Notes under the pieces: model-generated | Databases searched by the model: none | What the model was told of the DNA's origin: nothing | The model's input: only the letters and a program-made list of their open reading frames with translations | In this document: positions 1-10,600 of the stretch, in pieces | Position numbering within the stretch: the first letter of the stretch is position 1 | Layout: each line of letters starts with the position of its first letter | Source: Candidatus Dojkabacteria bacterium | Lineage (GTDB): Bacteria; Patescibacteriota; Dojkabacteria; SC72 | Direction: 5' to 3' | DNA length: 64,000 bases | Assembly: GCA_035271645.1 (NCBI GenBank) | Contig: DATERJ010000018.1 | Span: 17,399-81,398, forward strand | Translations under genes and position numbers: made by a program

Positions 1-1
1 T

Positions 2-1228
2 ACTGCATCAGCTAATCCTGGAGGAAGTATAACATGGACAACGAATGCTAATACTAAAGATGTTGACCAACATAATGTCACCCTCGTAGTTTGTAAATCA
101 AACTCCTTAGAAAGTAATGGGACATGTACAGCTGGAGATTGGTGTACAAGTTCACCAGCACTTTCGAACCCTTCATGTACATACAACATCCCAAGTGTAG
201 CAGCAGATGCAACTGGAATTAAGGGCTACGTATTTCTTATTGACATTCACAAAACACCACATTCAACAACCCCTACAGAAACAACCTTTGCAATTAACAA
301 TGTTGCTCCAACGGTAAGTAATGTAAAACTTAATAGTGAAGGAGCTATTACACTGACAACAAAGGCCATAAAAAATGTGCCTGTAACACTAACTGTTGAA
401 GATAATAACGGTTGTGCAACTACCGAGGTAACTTCAGTAGTTGCATATGTATACAGATCTGGTGTGGGGTCAACCAATTGTAATACTACTACACATCACA
501 ACACCAACTATTGCTACACTGCAATTGACTGTGACCAAGATATGGAATCATGTACGGGAGGTGCTTCTGCAACATACACATGCCAAGTACCTATGCAATA
601 CTATGCAGACCCAACTGTTGCAAACACTGTATTTGCAGGACAATATTGGATAGCAACTGTAACCGCGACAGATGATGATAATGCAACTGGTACAGCATCA
701 TCAACATCACAAGATGCCGTTGTAAATTCATTGCTTGCATTTGATGTTTCTGATGATCCAGTATCTATTGCTGCAGAAATTAATTATGGTTCATTAAGTA
801 TTGGACAGATAGCAGATGATGCAACACTCCCACAACGACTATATACAATCCCTACTGGTAATGTAGGGTTAGATCAAAAACATCACTCTGATGTGGGCTA
901 TATGTGTACTGACTTCAATGATACAGACCCTGATATACCTTGTGATGAGGGGACACCTATCCCAATAGCAAAACAACACTACGGTTTGGCAAATAATGTT
1001 GCCTATTCTGCAGGAACTGCACTTACAACTACTGCTGTAGAGGTTGAGCTTAATGTTCCAAAGATTAATGCAGGTACAATTACACACAAAAGTACATGGT
1101 GGGGTATTCAAATCCCATTTGGTATAATAGCTGGTACATATACTGGGCAGAATATTATAACTGCAGTAGTTGATGAAACCACTAATAGGTGGGGTTTACC
1201 AACAGGAGAAGCTTATGCTAAACCTTAA
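2..1228 (+). CDS. Secreted or surface Cys-containing protein, 5'-partial. Paralog of 2691..4484 and of the C-terminal module of 7642..12093.
   Basis: The frame is open from the window edge; the ORF track starts at the first in-frame start codon (377). Motifs shared with the paralogs: VVCK..G.C..G.WC, NPSCTY, NNVAP.VS.VKLN, VEDNNGC, AYVYRSG, NYCY, QYYADPT, WIATV.ATD, WWGI.IP. Confidence 0.6.
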   Translation, partial: TASANPGGSITWTTNANTKDVDQHNVTLVVCKSNSLESNGTCTAGDWCTSSPALSNPSCTYNIPSVAADATGIKGYVFLIDIHKTPHSTTPTETTFAINNVAPTVSNVKLNSEGAITLTTKAIKNVPVTLTVEDNNGCATTEVTSVVAYVYRSGVGSTNCNTTTHHNTNYCYTAIDCDQDMESCTGGASATYTCQVPMQYYADPTVANTVFAGQYWIATVTATDDDNATGTASSTSQDAVVNSLLAFDVSDDPVSIAAEINYGSLSIGQIADDATLPQRLYTIPTGNVGLDQKHHSDVGYMCTDFNDTDPDIPCDEGTPIPIAKQHYGLANNVAYSAGTALTTTAVEVELNVPKINAGTITHKSTWWGIQIPFGIIAGTYTGQNIITAVVDETTNRWGLPTGEAYAKP

Positions 1229-1276
1229 TTCTATATAACTAATTTATATTTAATTAATTAAACTTATATAAATAAA

Positions 1277-2626
1277 ATGAAGAACATCAAAAAAACAATA
1301 AAATCAGCACTACTTGCTGTCACACTACTACTTCTGAGCAGTGTAGTGGCACATGCTGGATTTGGTATATCACCAGCAGACTTCAATGTGGACTTCCTAA
1401 AGCCAGGTAGTACATATACAAAAACATATCTACTCTCAAGATCTGGAGATTTTGGAGAAATGAATATTGTGGTAGAACCAGACATGGGAATCGCAAATGA
1501 TTGGCTCTCATTTACACCAGGAAAATCCTTTATATTCAAGAAAGGTGCTAGAACCATGGAATTCAAAGTTACTGTAAATGTACCCATCTCAGCAGAATAC
1601 AAGGAATATCCAGGAACATTTACACTAAGAGCACTACCTTCAGATGCAGAGGTAAGAGGAGTCACAATTGCGCAGGGGTTAGAGTTAAATAGTGATATTA
1701 AGGTAACTGAAGAAGAAATCAAGAGCCTTGCAATACAAAACATCAGAGTTGAAGACACAGTTATTGGAACACCTATTGTTGTAAAATTAGTAGGAGATAA
1801 CAAGGGTAATGTCGATACTACCCCTACTCTTAAAATTGTAATTATGGACCTGCAAGACAAGGTTTTAGAAGAGCATGATATTGCAGACCTAGCAACTATT
1901 GAGGCAGGTGTAACAAAAGAGGTCTCTGCAGAGTTTGGTACTTCCTTAGAGAAAGGAGAGTACTATGCAGAAGTTGAAGTTTTTCTAGATGGTAAAGCAT
2001 TAAGAAAAGAAAAAATGGTCTTTAATATGGTTGAAGAGAAAGTTGTTACAAAAGCAGGAACAGAAGATACAGATAAGAGCAGTATTACAACATTCCTAGA
2101 AGATAACAAAGATTATCTATGGATTGTTGCACTAGCTGCACTAATCGGACTATTAGTTCTTGTCCTAATTAGTGTATTCTGGAAAGGAAGAGATAGAGAG
2201 GGGAAATCAACTGATGATCCACTATCAGTAGCAGGTGGAAGCAAGAGCTCTACAAGAGTTACGCTTTCATTGGCCTTCGGATTACTAGCTACCTTGGCAA
2301 TAATTACAAATATCTCATCGAATATTGAAGTTAAGGAAGCTATCATGCCAGATAGACAAGCAGAAGTACAAGGAACAACAGATACTATTATCAAGCCCTC
2401 ACAACCTATGTTAACTGTTGTTGAGAGTGTTGTTAGAAATAAGGAAGGATATCCTGTATATGACAGAGCTGATGAAACATCCAATGTTATCTACGAAGCA
2501 AAGGAAAATGAGCAGTTAGAGGTTGTTAGAGAATCAGGTGATTGGTATCAGGTTAAGCTTCCAACTGGTGCTATGGGTTGGGTTTCTAAATCTATTGTAA
2601 AATCTGAAACAACAAGGGAGAGGTAG
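1277..2626 (+). CDS. Membrane-anchored protein with an N-terminal signal peptide, internal TM segments and a C-terminal bacterial SH3-like domain.
   Basis: N-terminus MKNIKKTIKSALLAVTLLLLSSVVAHA looks like a signal peptide. Hydrophobic stretches WIVALAALIGLLVLVLISVFW and LSLAFGLLATLAIITNI. C-terminus YPVYDRADETSNVIYEAKENEQLEVVRESGDWYQVKLPTGAMGWVSKS resembles SH3b. Confidence 0.5.
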   Translation: MKNIKKTIKSALLAVTLLLLSSVVAHAGFGISPADFNVDFLKPGSTYTKTYLLSRSGDFGEMNIVVEPDMGIANDWLSFTPGKSFIFKKGARTMEFKVTVNVPISAEYKEYPGTFTLRALPSDAEVRGVTIAQGLELNSDIKVTEEEIKSLAIQNIRVEDTVIGTPIVVKLVGDNKGNVDTTPTLKIVIMDLQDKVLEEHDIADLATIEAGVTKEVSAEFGTSLEKGEYYAEVEVFLDGKALRKEKMVFNMVEEKVVTKAGTEDTDKSSITTFLEDNKDYLWIVALAALIGLLVLVLISVFWKGRDREGKSTDDPLSVAGGSKSSTRVTLSLAFGLLATLAIITNISSNIEVKEAIMPDRQAEVQGTTDTIIKPSQPMLTVVESVVRNKEGYPVYDRADETSNVIYEAKENEQLEVVRESGDWYQVKLPTGAMGWVSKSIVKSETTRER

Positions 2627-2690
2627 TCTTCGGACTACTTTTCCTTAACTAAGGAATAACATTATTTAACATGTACTATATAGAAACCCT

Positions 2691-4484
2691 ATGAAGTATA
2701 AAAAACATATAGCATGGGGACTTGCAATACTGATTCTTGTTGCATCTTCCTTTGCATTAATTAAAAGATTTAATACACATGCACAGACAGGTGTTACTAA
2801 GACATTTACAACCAAGGTAACTGTTGGTAATAGTGCACCTGTGTTTACAGTTGACCCTGCAGAGTCTCCAGCATCTTCGACAACAAGCCCTACTGCACCA
2901 AATACACTAATGACTTTCTCTGCTAAAGCAACAGATGCAAACAATCACGGCTACTACTTCCTTGTATGTAGTATCGTAGATACAGCAAACCCTGACAACG
3001 ACAGAGCAGTTGCAAGCCCTACTGGTGGAGCACCAAGCTGTCCAGCCACTTCAACAAAATATTGTGGAACTACCAGTGCAGTAGCGAGTGGTTCTACAGC
3101 TAGCTGTACCCGTACAACTGAGTCATCAGATCCATATGAAAACAAGTGGAATGCCTATGTCTGTGATAACTTTGCTTCAGGTTCATCGTGTTCGTTACCT
3201 AATCGAGGTAGTGGAGCTTCTGGTTCACCTTTCTATGTAAACCATGCTCCTACTTTTACAGCAATTAGCAATACTGCCAGTACAGTTGAAGATGCACAAA
3301 CACCAGGTAATAGCTACACTGTTACTTGGACAAGTACTGCCTCCGACCCAACAGATGGACACCAAGTAAAACTCCTTATCTGTAAAACTCAACAGATGTC
3401 TAATGGAGTATGTACAGGTGGAAATTGGTGTGAGAGTACACTTGCGAATTCAGATCCAACTTGCACATATACATTACCCGCAGTACCAGTTGCAGATGGG
3501 GAATACGAAGCCTATGCATACGTAGTAGATGCACATAATACACCTGCTGCGGGGGAAGGTACTAAACAAGGAAGTAAAAGTAGTTATTATGTTAAGAACG
3601 TAGCCCCTGTGGTTAGTGCTGTTAAATTGAATGCCGAAGCTTCCCCTATCACACTAGTAGCAGGTGGAACAAAGTCTGTATCCATAACGGCAGATGTTAC
3701 TGATGATAATGGTTGTTCAGCTACAGAGCTCCCTGTCACCAAAATAAAGGCATATGTTTACAGATCAGGACTTGCTAATGGGTTTAGTGATTGTGATGCA
3801 TTAGGAGATGGCAATGCCAATTACTGCTACGCTGAAATCTCATGTACTCGTGGTACATGCTCTGGAACAAAAGTACCCATCACATGTAGTGTCTCCATGC
3901 AATACTATGCTGACCCTACTGACTCAAATAATGCTGCCACCAGTTTCGCAAGTCAACATTGGGTAGCAACAGTTAAAGCAACAGACAACGGTTTCGGTAC
4001 AGGTGGAACAAACCCATTATCTCATAATGCAACCTCTACAGCAGTTGTTGAAGTTGCTTCACTAGCTGCATTCAATATTACAGCATCAATAGACTATGAC
4101 GAAGTTGCTGCAGGAGAAAGAAGTGGTAACGGCAAACTAGACAAAACAATCGTAACAACACCAACAGGTAATGTTCCAATGAATCAGTTATACTCTGGTT
4201 CAAATATGTGTACTGACTACGATGATTGTTCTACTGATGCTGGTTACACTCCTATAAATGTAAACAAACAAAAATATGCACTAGCTGCAAATACAAGCTA
4301 TGCAACAGGTGGTACAGCTCTCTCAGCAACTCCTACCCTTGTAAATATCAATGTTCCAAAAGTTACTGATGGTACGAATGTAACAACAAGAACATCATGG
4401 TGGGGTATTGAGATTCCAACTAATACACTACCAGGGGTATACAACGGTCTTAACACTATTACATCACAAGTTAAGACAACATAA
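2691..4484 (+). CDS. Secreted or anchored Cys-containing surface protein, paralog family member.
   Basis: N-terminal hydrophobic anchor (AWGLAILILVASSFALI). It shares the conserved C-terminal module with 2..1228 and 7642..12093 (LLICKTQ..GVCTGGNWC, DPTCTY, KNVAPVVSAVKLN, DDNGC, KAYVYRSG, NYCY, QYYADPTD, WVATVKATDNGFGTGGTNP, WWGIEIP). Confidence 0.6.
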   Translation: MKYKKHIAWGLAILILVASSFALIKRFNTHAQTGVTKTFTTKVTVGNSAPVFTVDPAESPASSTTSPTAPNTLMTFSAKATDANNHGYYFLVCSIVDTANPDNDRAVASPTGGAPSCPATSTKYCGTTSAVASGSTASCTRTTESSDPYENKWNAYVCDNFASGSSCSLPNRGSGASGSPFYVNHAPTFTAISNTASTVEDAQTPGNSYTVTWTSTASDPTDGHQVKLLICKTQQMSNGVCTGGNWCESTLANSDPTCTYTLPAVPVADGEYEAYAYVVDAHNTPAAGEGTKQGSKSSYYVKNVAPVVSAVKLNAEASPITLVAGGTKSVSITADVTDDNGCSATELPVTKIKAYVYRSGLANGFSDCDALGDGNANYCYAEISCTRGTCSGTKVPITCSVSMQYYADPTDSNNAATSFASQHWVATVKATDNGFGTGGTNPLSHNATSTAVVEVASLAAFNITASIDYDEVAAGERSGNGKLDKTIVTTPTGNVPMNQLYSGSNMCTDYDDCSTDAGYTPINVNKQKYALAANTSYATGGTALSATPTLVNINVPKVTDGTNVTTRTSWWGIEIPTNTLPGVYNGLNTITSQVKTT

Positions 4485-4502
4485 CACAATAGTAAAAGTG
4501 GA

Positions 4503-5576
4503 TTAAAACGAAAGTCTTGGTTCTCTATCTATATTCAAAATATCAGATGGAGTATCCAAGACTTTTTTGTTTAGGATAGAATAGTAAGCAGCAACACCTA
4601 CCATACCTGCATTATCACCCCTAAACTCCTTCTCAGGATACACATATACCAAATCATTCTTTCTAGCAACCTGACCTACCTTCCTCAAAATCTCCTCGCT
4701 ATTAAACACACCTCCACCTACAAACAAACTCTTTACCTCTGGATACTTCTCAATTGCCTTCTCAAGCTTAATAACCAAAGATTCAATAATCATATCAAGA
4801 AAACCCCTACAAAAATCATAAACCCATTCACTATCCTTTTCATACTCCTCTCTTAACTCCTTTGTCTTGTACAAAGCAGCTGTCTTTACACCAGAATAGC
4901 TAAAATTAAGATCGTTAGAATGCTTCATAGGGATTGTAAAAGTAATCTTACCCCTCTTTCCCTTCTTAGCAAACTCTGTAAGAGTAGGACCACCTGGATA
5001 ACCAAAGTTAAGCATCCTCCCCACCTTATCAAACGCCTCACCTACTGCATCATCCAATGTCTCACCTAACTTCATATACTTTCCAATCTTTTCCACATAT
5101 ATCAACTCCGTATGCTTTCCTGAAATCAGTAAACCTAAAGCAGGAAAAAGAGATTCAACATTACTCTTCACCAAACCATTACCATTAGAATTCAAAAGTA
5201 AACCAGAAAGAAGATGACCTTCCATATGATTAACCAGAACAAATGGTTTCTTGTACTTAATTGCTAAATCTTGTGCAAACTTCAAACCAACCTCTAAATC
5301 TATAGCCAAACCCGGACCATATGTACAAGCAATGTAATCCACATCCTCAATACTAACCTTAGCCTTCCTCAATGCTTCATCATATACCAAAGGTATATTC
5401 TTCTCATGTTCCCTACGAGCAATATCAGGCACAACACCACCCCACTGAGCATGAATCTCAACCTGAGAAGAAACAACAGAACTAAGTACCCTACGACCGT
5501 TCAAAAGGGCCACAGAAGTATCATCACAACTAGTATCAAATGCAATTATCAAAGGATCTTTACTCATATACCTCAA
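4503..5576 (-). CDS. tsaD: tRNA N6-adenosine threonylcarbamoyltransferase TsaD (Kae1/TsaD family).
   Basis: IIAFDTSCDDTSVALL, SQVEIHAQWGGVVPDIARREH, GPGLAIDLEVG and VNHMEGHLL are diagnostic of bacterial TsaD. It overlaps the downstream tsaC-tsaE ORF by 17 nt. Confidence 0.85.
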   Translation of the reverse strand: MRYMSKDPLIIAFDTSCDDTSVALLNGRRVLSSVVSSQVEIHAQWGGVVPDIARREHEKNIPLVYDEALRKAKVSIEDVDYIACTYGPGLAIDLEVGLKFAQDLAIKYKKPFVLVNHMEGHLLSGLLLNSNGNGLVKSNVESLFPALGLLISGKHTELIYVEKIGKYMKLGETLDDAVGEAFDKVGRMLNFGYPGGPTLTEFAKKGKRGKITFTIPMKHSNDLNFSYSGVKTAALYKTKELREEYEKDSEWVYDFCRGFLDMIIESLVIKLEKAIEKYPEVKSLFVGGGVFNSEEILRKVGQVARKNDLVYVYPEKEFRGDNAGMVGVAAYYSILNKKVLDTPSDILNIDREPRLSF

Positions 5577-6669
5577 TACTCCTTTCCTCCAAAGAAATGT
5601 ATTTAATCACAACCTTAAACATCCTTATACCCATATTATCACACAAAGCGGAAATCTCTTGAAAAAACTTATCCGCCCACTCTATCAGCACAATATCACC
5701 ATTCTCCAAATGCTCTATCAATCCAGATTTCTCTAACTCACCCTCCTCTAACCTCCAAGTATCCATATGTGCAAAGACCTTCTTCTTACCACCTCTCACA
5801 TACCCATACTCATTGATTAACGTATATGTAGGAGAATTTACAATCTCACTAACACCAAGAGACTCTCCAACACCCTTAGCAAACTGTGTCTTACCTGCAC
5901 CAAGTTCTCCGCTTAATGCAACAACAGTAGGAATATCTAAAGGAAGATACTTATCTGCGAAATCCTTAGCAAATTTAATTGTCTCTTCTTCACTCTTTGT
6001 CTCTACTTCTAATATCTTCTTGTTTTTAATCAATGCATCCTCAAACTCAACCTTACCCTGTCTTAATACTGAGAGTTCATTTAATGTAGTATCAAGAACT
6101 GTAGATGGTTGATTCTTAGGTAACTCACCTGCATCTAAAAAGAGACCTATCAAATCAAAACTTTTCTTAGGTAAATCTTTAATTAACTGATTAATACTAT
6201 ATGGTGCTGACCTATATGACATATTTGCTGACGTAGCAGTAATTGGCTTACCAAACTTTTTAATTAACTCTAATGTAAAATCATAGTCAGGATATCTAAT
6301 ACCCACAGCTCCTTGTTGAGAAACTACTGGTGGCAAAAGATTACCTTTACTCATTGATATTACTGTAATTGGTCCTGGTAGATAGTTTTTGTAAAGATTC
6401 TCAGCCATCTCATTAATCTCTACATATTCTTCAGCCATCTCTTTATCTGATACTGCAATAGATATCGGTTTAGAACCTCTTAATTTCTTGTATTCCATAA
6501 TCTTCTTTAATGCCTCTGAGTTAGTAGCATCACCTCCTAATCCATAACATGTCTCCGTTGGATATACAATTAACCCACCATCTTTTAAGACTTCAATGGC
6601 TTGTTTAATTGCTTCCTCTTTATTTTTAATTACATCTATTCTTTTCATGGTATAATGGATATTATACAA
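5560..6669 (-). CDS. Fusion protein: TsaC/YrdC (Sua5 N-domain) fused to the TsaE P-loop ATPase.
   Basis: N-terminal half has YrdC motifs (LKDGGLIVYPTETCYGLGGDATN, LPGPITVI, GIRYPD, PITATSANMS). C-terminal half has the TsaE/YjeE Walker A ALSGELGAGKTQFAKGVG plus VNSPTYTLINEY. Confidence 0.75.
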   Translation of the reverse strand: MYNIHYTMKRIDVIKNKEEAIKQAIEVLKDGGLIVYPTETCYGLGGDATNSEALKKIMEYKKLRGSKPISIAVSDKEMAEEYVEINEMAENLYKNYLPGPITVISMSKGNLLPPVVSQQGAVGIRYPDYDFTLELIKKFGKPITATSANMSYRSAPYSINQLIKDLPKKSFDLIGLFLDAGELPKNQPSTVLDTTLNELSVLRQGKVEFEDALIKNKKILEVETKSEEETIKFAKDFADKYLPLDIPTVVALSGELGAGKTQFAKGVGESLGVSEIVNSPTYTLINEYGYVRGGKKKVFAHMDTWRLEEGELEKSGLIEHLENGDIVLIEWADKFFQEISALCDNMGIRMFKVVIKYISLEERSIEVYE

Positions 6670-6715
6670 GGGATATGGCTATATATCCATATTTTTACAT
6701 TATTACAAAACTGCT

Positions 6716-7177
6716 ATGATAGAGAATTATGAGAAAAACAGTATAGATATTGAGACTGTTTTACCTAGTAGAACAGTCTACAGTAACAATGGAATCGATT
6801 ATACTGTATATACAGAAGACCTTTCTCCTAAGGCAACAGACAGAGCTTTTGGGTATACCAACCCTTTAAATGAGGAAGAAATATTTTTGTTTCAGATAAT
6901 GGTAGAGGGTAATGAATATGCACCTAGCAATATTAAACTTCTAATGGAATTACCTCTTGAAGATGATGATTTTGTAAGATATCTGATTGATAAAGGGGAG
7001 AATCTTAAGTTAGTAGTAGAAGAAGATAGAAAGAAAGGAGAGTTAAGAAATTGGAGAAGTGTTTTTGAAGTTGATGGAGACAGATTTACACTAACCTATA
7101 TGGAAGATACAAAAGATGAGGGGGTAAGTCTCCACGACAACTATTTGAAAAGGATTGAGAACAGAAAAAGTAACTAA
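6716..7177 (+). CDS. Hypothetical acidic protein.
   Basis: ORF of 153 aa with no recognised motif. Confidence 0.35.
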   Translation: MIENYEKNSIDIETVLPSRTVYSNNGIDYTVYTEDLSPKATDRAFGYTNPLNEEEIFLFQIMVEGNEYAPSNIKLLMELPLEDDDFVRYLIDKGENLKLVVEEDRKKGELRNWRSVFEVDGDRFTLTYMEDTKDEGVSLHDNYLKRIENRKSN

Positions 7178-7194
7178 ATTGTTATTTTACCCAT

Positions 7195-7515
7195 ATGGAA
7201 ACATTACATTTAACACAAGATACATTCCAGAAAGAGATTAAAGAGTTTGAAGGAGTTGCTTTAGTCGACTTCTGGGCTCCTTGGTGTGGTCCTTGTCAGA
7301 TATTAGGTCCTGTCATTGAAGAACTCACTAAAGAATTTGAAGATGGTGTAAAGATATGTAAAGTAAATGTGGATGAGGAAGGATCATTGGCACAGGAATA
7401 TGAGATTATGAGTATTCCAACAGTATATATTTTCAAAAATGGAGAGATAGTAGATACATTGATTGGTCTACAAAGCAAAGATGCGTACAAAGAAGCTATA
7501 GAGAAATATCTTTAG
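7195..7515 (+). CDS. trxA: Thioredoxin.
   Basis: WCGPC active site (FWAPWCGPCQILGP), thioredoxin-sized at 106 aa. Confidence 0.85.
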   Translation: METLHLTQDTFQKEIKEFEGVALVDFWAPWCGPCQILGPVIEELTKEFEDGVKICKVNVDEEGSLAQEYEIMSIPTVYIFKNGEIVDTLIGLQSKDAYKEAIEKYL

Positions 7516-7641
7516 AGAAACTCTAACCCAATGAAACTAATAGCTGTTCCTTACCAAGGAGAAGGCTGTTTAGTGTTGTTTCTATTGTGAAAAACGTATA
7601 TATTATAGTAACGATGGATTCCTATGGATTAATGTAACTGA

Positions 7642-10600
7642 ATGATTAAGAAAAATAATAGAAAAAAGTTCTTGTTAAGTACTGCTAGTCTTTTTTTGGC
7701 TTTGGGATTGATTTTCTCCGCTGTACAGGATAGTAAGAGAATGGATGATGGAAATAAGAATATCGTTAGCATTAGTGAAGAAGGAGAGGTAAAAGGGGGA
7801 GAGATAATGGCAAACTGTTCATACTACCCATTATGTGATTTTCCAGCAGGACCAGGGGGATGTTATCAAGCAGGTGGATCTTGTGGACCAGGAGAATTCT
7901 CCTGCCCTACAAATCAAAGTGTTTGTTGTGACAGAGGTAGTTGTGGTTCATGTAATCCTTGTACGGGTGTTTATCAAAGTAGTAATAATGGGTGTCCCTC
8001 TACTAGTAAGTCCTGTACCAGATATGACTGTCGTGGGAGTTGCGGCACAACCACTCTCACATGTTATCTCATTCAATACTCCATCAGCTATTCTGCAGGA
8101 AATGGAGGCTCTATCTCAGGGGCAACTAATCAATCCGTGTGTTACAATCAGAGTGGATCACAGGTTACTGCTGTTGCAAATAGTGGATATACCTTCTCCC
8201 AATGGAGTGATGGGAATACATCACCATCGAGAAGTGATGTGGCTACAGGGAATAAAAGTTTTACTGCCAGTTTTACTCAAAGCCCCAACAATCCACCAAC
8301 CACACCTACATCACTACTAACTAATGGACAAACCAATCCTACAAATGTAGATACAGCCACCCCATACTTTAGTGCGATATTTAATGACCCTGATAGTGGA
8401 GATACAGGTGTACACTATCAAATTCAAGTAAATACGAACTCCTCTTTTACTGGGACAACGATGTGGGATAGTGGAAAAACCGCTATGACCTCTACAGCCA
8501 ATGGTTCTAGGAGTCCCAATATTACATACGCAGGTACCAACCTCCCTTTAGATGGAACTATGTACTACTGGAGAATAAAGTTTTGGGATAATAATGGAGC
8601 TGATAGTCCTTGGTCTGCTACTGCACAATTTACTATGCGTTACACAATACCAGCTCCTTCTGGTCTTCTTACTAATGGGCAAACTAATCCAACAGGAGTA
8701 ACTACGCCATACCCATATTTTAGTGCAATATATAATAACTACTCAGGAAGAGGTAATGCTACACATGCACACCTACAAGTTTACTTAGGTAGTGTCCTTC
8801 CAGAAAACCAAGTTTGGAACTTCAATGATGCAATACCCAATGTAGCACCGGGGAACAGAAGTTCAAATATTACATACGGAGGAGATCCACTACCACAAAA
8901 TGGCGCTACATATATTTGGAGAATTAGATTCTGGGATGGGGTGGCCTACTATAGTGAGTGGCAACATGGACAATTCACCATGAATAGTGGAAGTAGTCCT
9001 ACTGCTCCTACTGGCCTTCTAACTAATGGACAAACTAATCCTGTAGGTGTAACTACACCACAACCATACTTTAGTGCAATATTTAATGATCCTAATAGTG
9101 GAGATACTGCTGTGTATTATCAAATCTTTGTTGTTTATTATGATGGTTTTACTTATCAAACTCAATGGGATAGTGGGAAAACTGCTATGACCCCCACCCC
9201 CGTTGGCTCAAGGAGTCCCAATATCACATACAATGGACCAACATTACAAGCAGGTAGAGAATATAACTGGCAAATAAAATTCTGGGATAATTCTGGATTA
9301 GAAGGTGTTTTCTCTAACATTTCTTCAAATCGTTTTACTATGAACACCCCACCTACCGCTCCAACAGCACCATTAACAAATGGGATGACAAACCCAACAG
9401 ATGTAGCCTCCACACCCTACTTTAGTGCTATATTTAACGATGCTGATAGTACAGATACAGGTGTATATTATCAAATCCAAGTCAACACTAATTCCTCCTT
9501 CTCGGGAACAACTATGTGGGATAGTGGAAAAACCGCCATGACAGCCACAAACCCTAGTTCTAGAAGTCCCAATATTAACTATGCTGGGAATACCCTCTCA
9601 TACAATGGAACAACATACTATTGGAGAATTAGGTTCTGGGATAATCATGGGGTAGTTAGTCCCTACTCTTCTACTGCTCAATTCACTACAGTCATATCAG
9701 GCGCTGCGCCCACATCACTTCTAACCAATGGACAAACTAACCCGACAAATGTAGTACCTTCACCAGCACCATACTTTAGTGCAATATTTAATCACAGTAA
9801 TCCAAGTCGTAGAGCAGTACACTATCAGATTATAATGACAGTAAGTGGTATGCAAGTTTGGAATAGTGGAAAAACCTCTATGACCTCTACCGCCCCTGGT
9901 AGTAGATGTCCTAATATTACATACAATGGCTCTCATACCTTAGACCATAATGGAAATGTATACAAATGGACAATTGTCTTCTGGGATGACCTAGGGGTGC
10001 AGACTGCAACCTCAGCAGAAGCACAGTTTACTATGAACAGACGCCCTACTCCACCTACTGGACTACTGACAGAGGGACAAACAAATCCCTCAGGTGTTAC
10101 CGATACAACACCTGAATTTAGTGCGATATATAACAATCCTACTGGAACACCTGCTGTATACTACCAAATTCAAGTAAACGAAAAAGCTAACTTTACTGGT
10201 ACTATGAAATGGGATAGTGGGAAAACTTCAATGGCTTCATTAAGTAATGGCTCAAGAAGCCCAGATATTGAGTATGCTGGTTCTACTCTTACTCAGAATG
10301 GACAAACCTACTTCTGGAAGATTAGATTCTGGGATAATCTGGGAGGTGATGGTGAGTGGTCAGCTGTAAACTACTTCACTATGCACAATAATGCATATAC
10401 CTTTACAATCAGCTCAGAGGGGACACAGGTCAATCCCGTAACAATGGATCGAATAGAGGGAGGTGATGAATTATATATGGGAGGAGTATTTAGTTTTACG
10501 GTGTATAATATTAATCCTGCATTCTCACAGCCGGGAATAACTAGTATTACATTACAAAGAACTTGGACCTCTGGGAGTGGAGATATTGACAGAGCTATTC

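Noticed and set aside
247-477. Antisense and shadow ORFs inside large genes (for example 247..477, 441..653, 869..1111, 1264..1860, 7835..8320, 9162..9413, 10804..11028, 27743..27937, 43214..43420, 61034..61327 and many others in the track).
   Set aside because: They lie wholly within, and out of frame with or antisense to, long ORFs that have clear homology. They have low-complexity composition and no independent signals, so they are six-frame artefacts.
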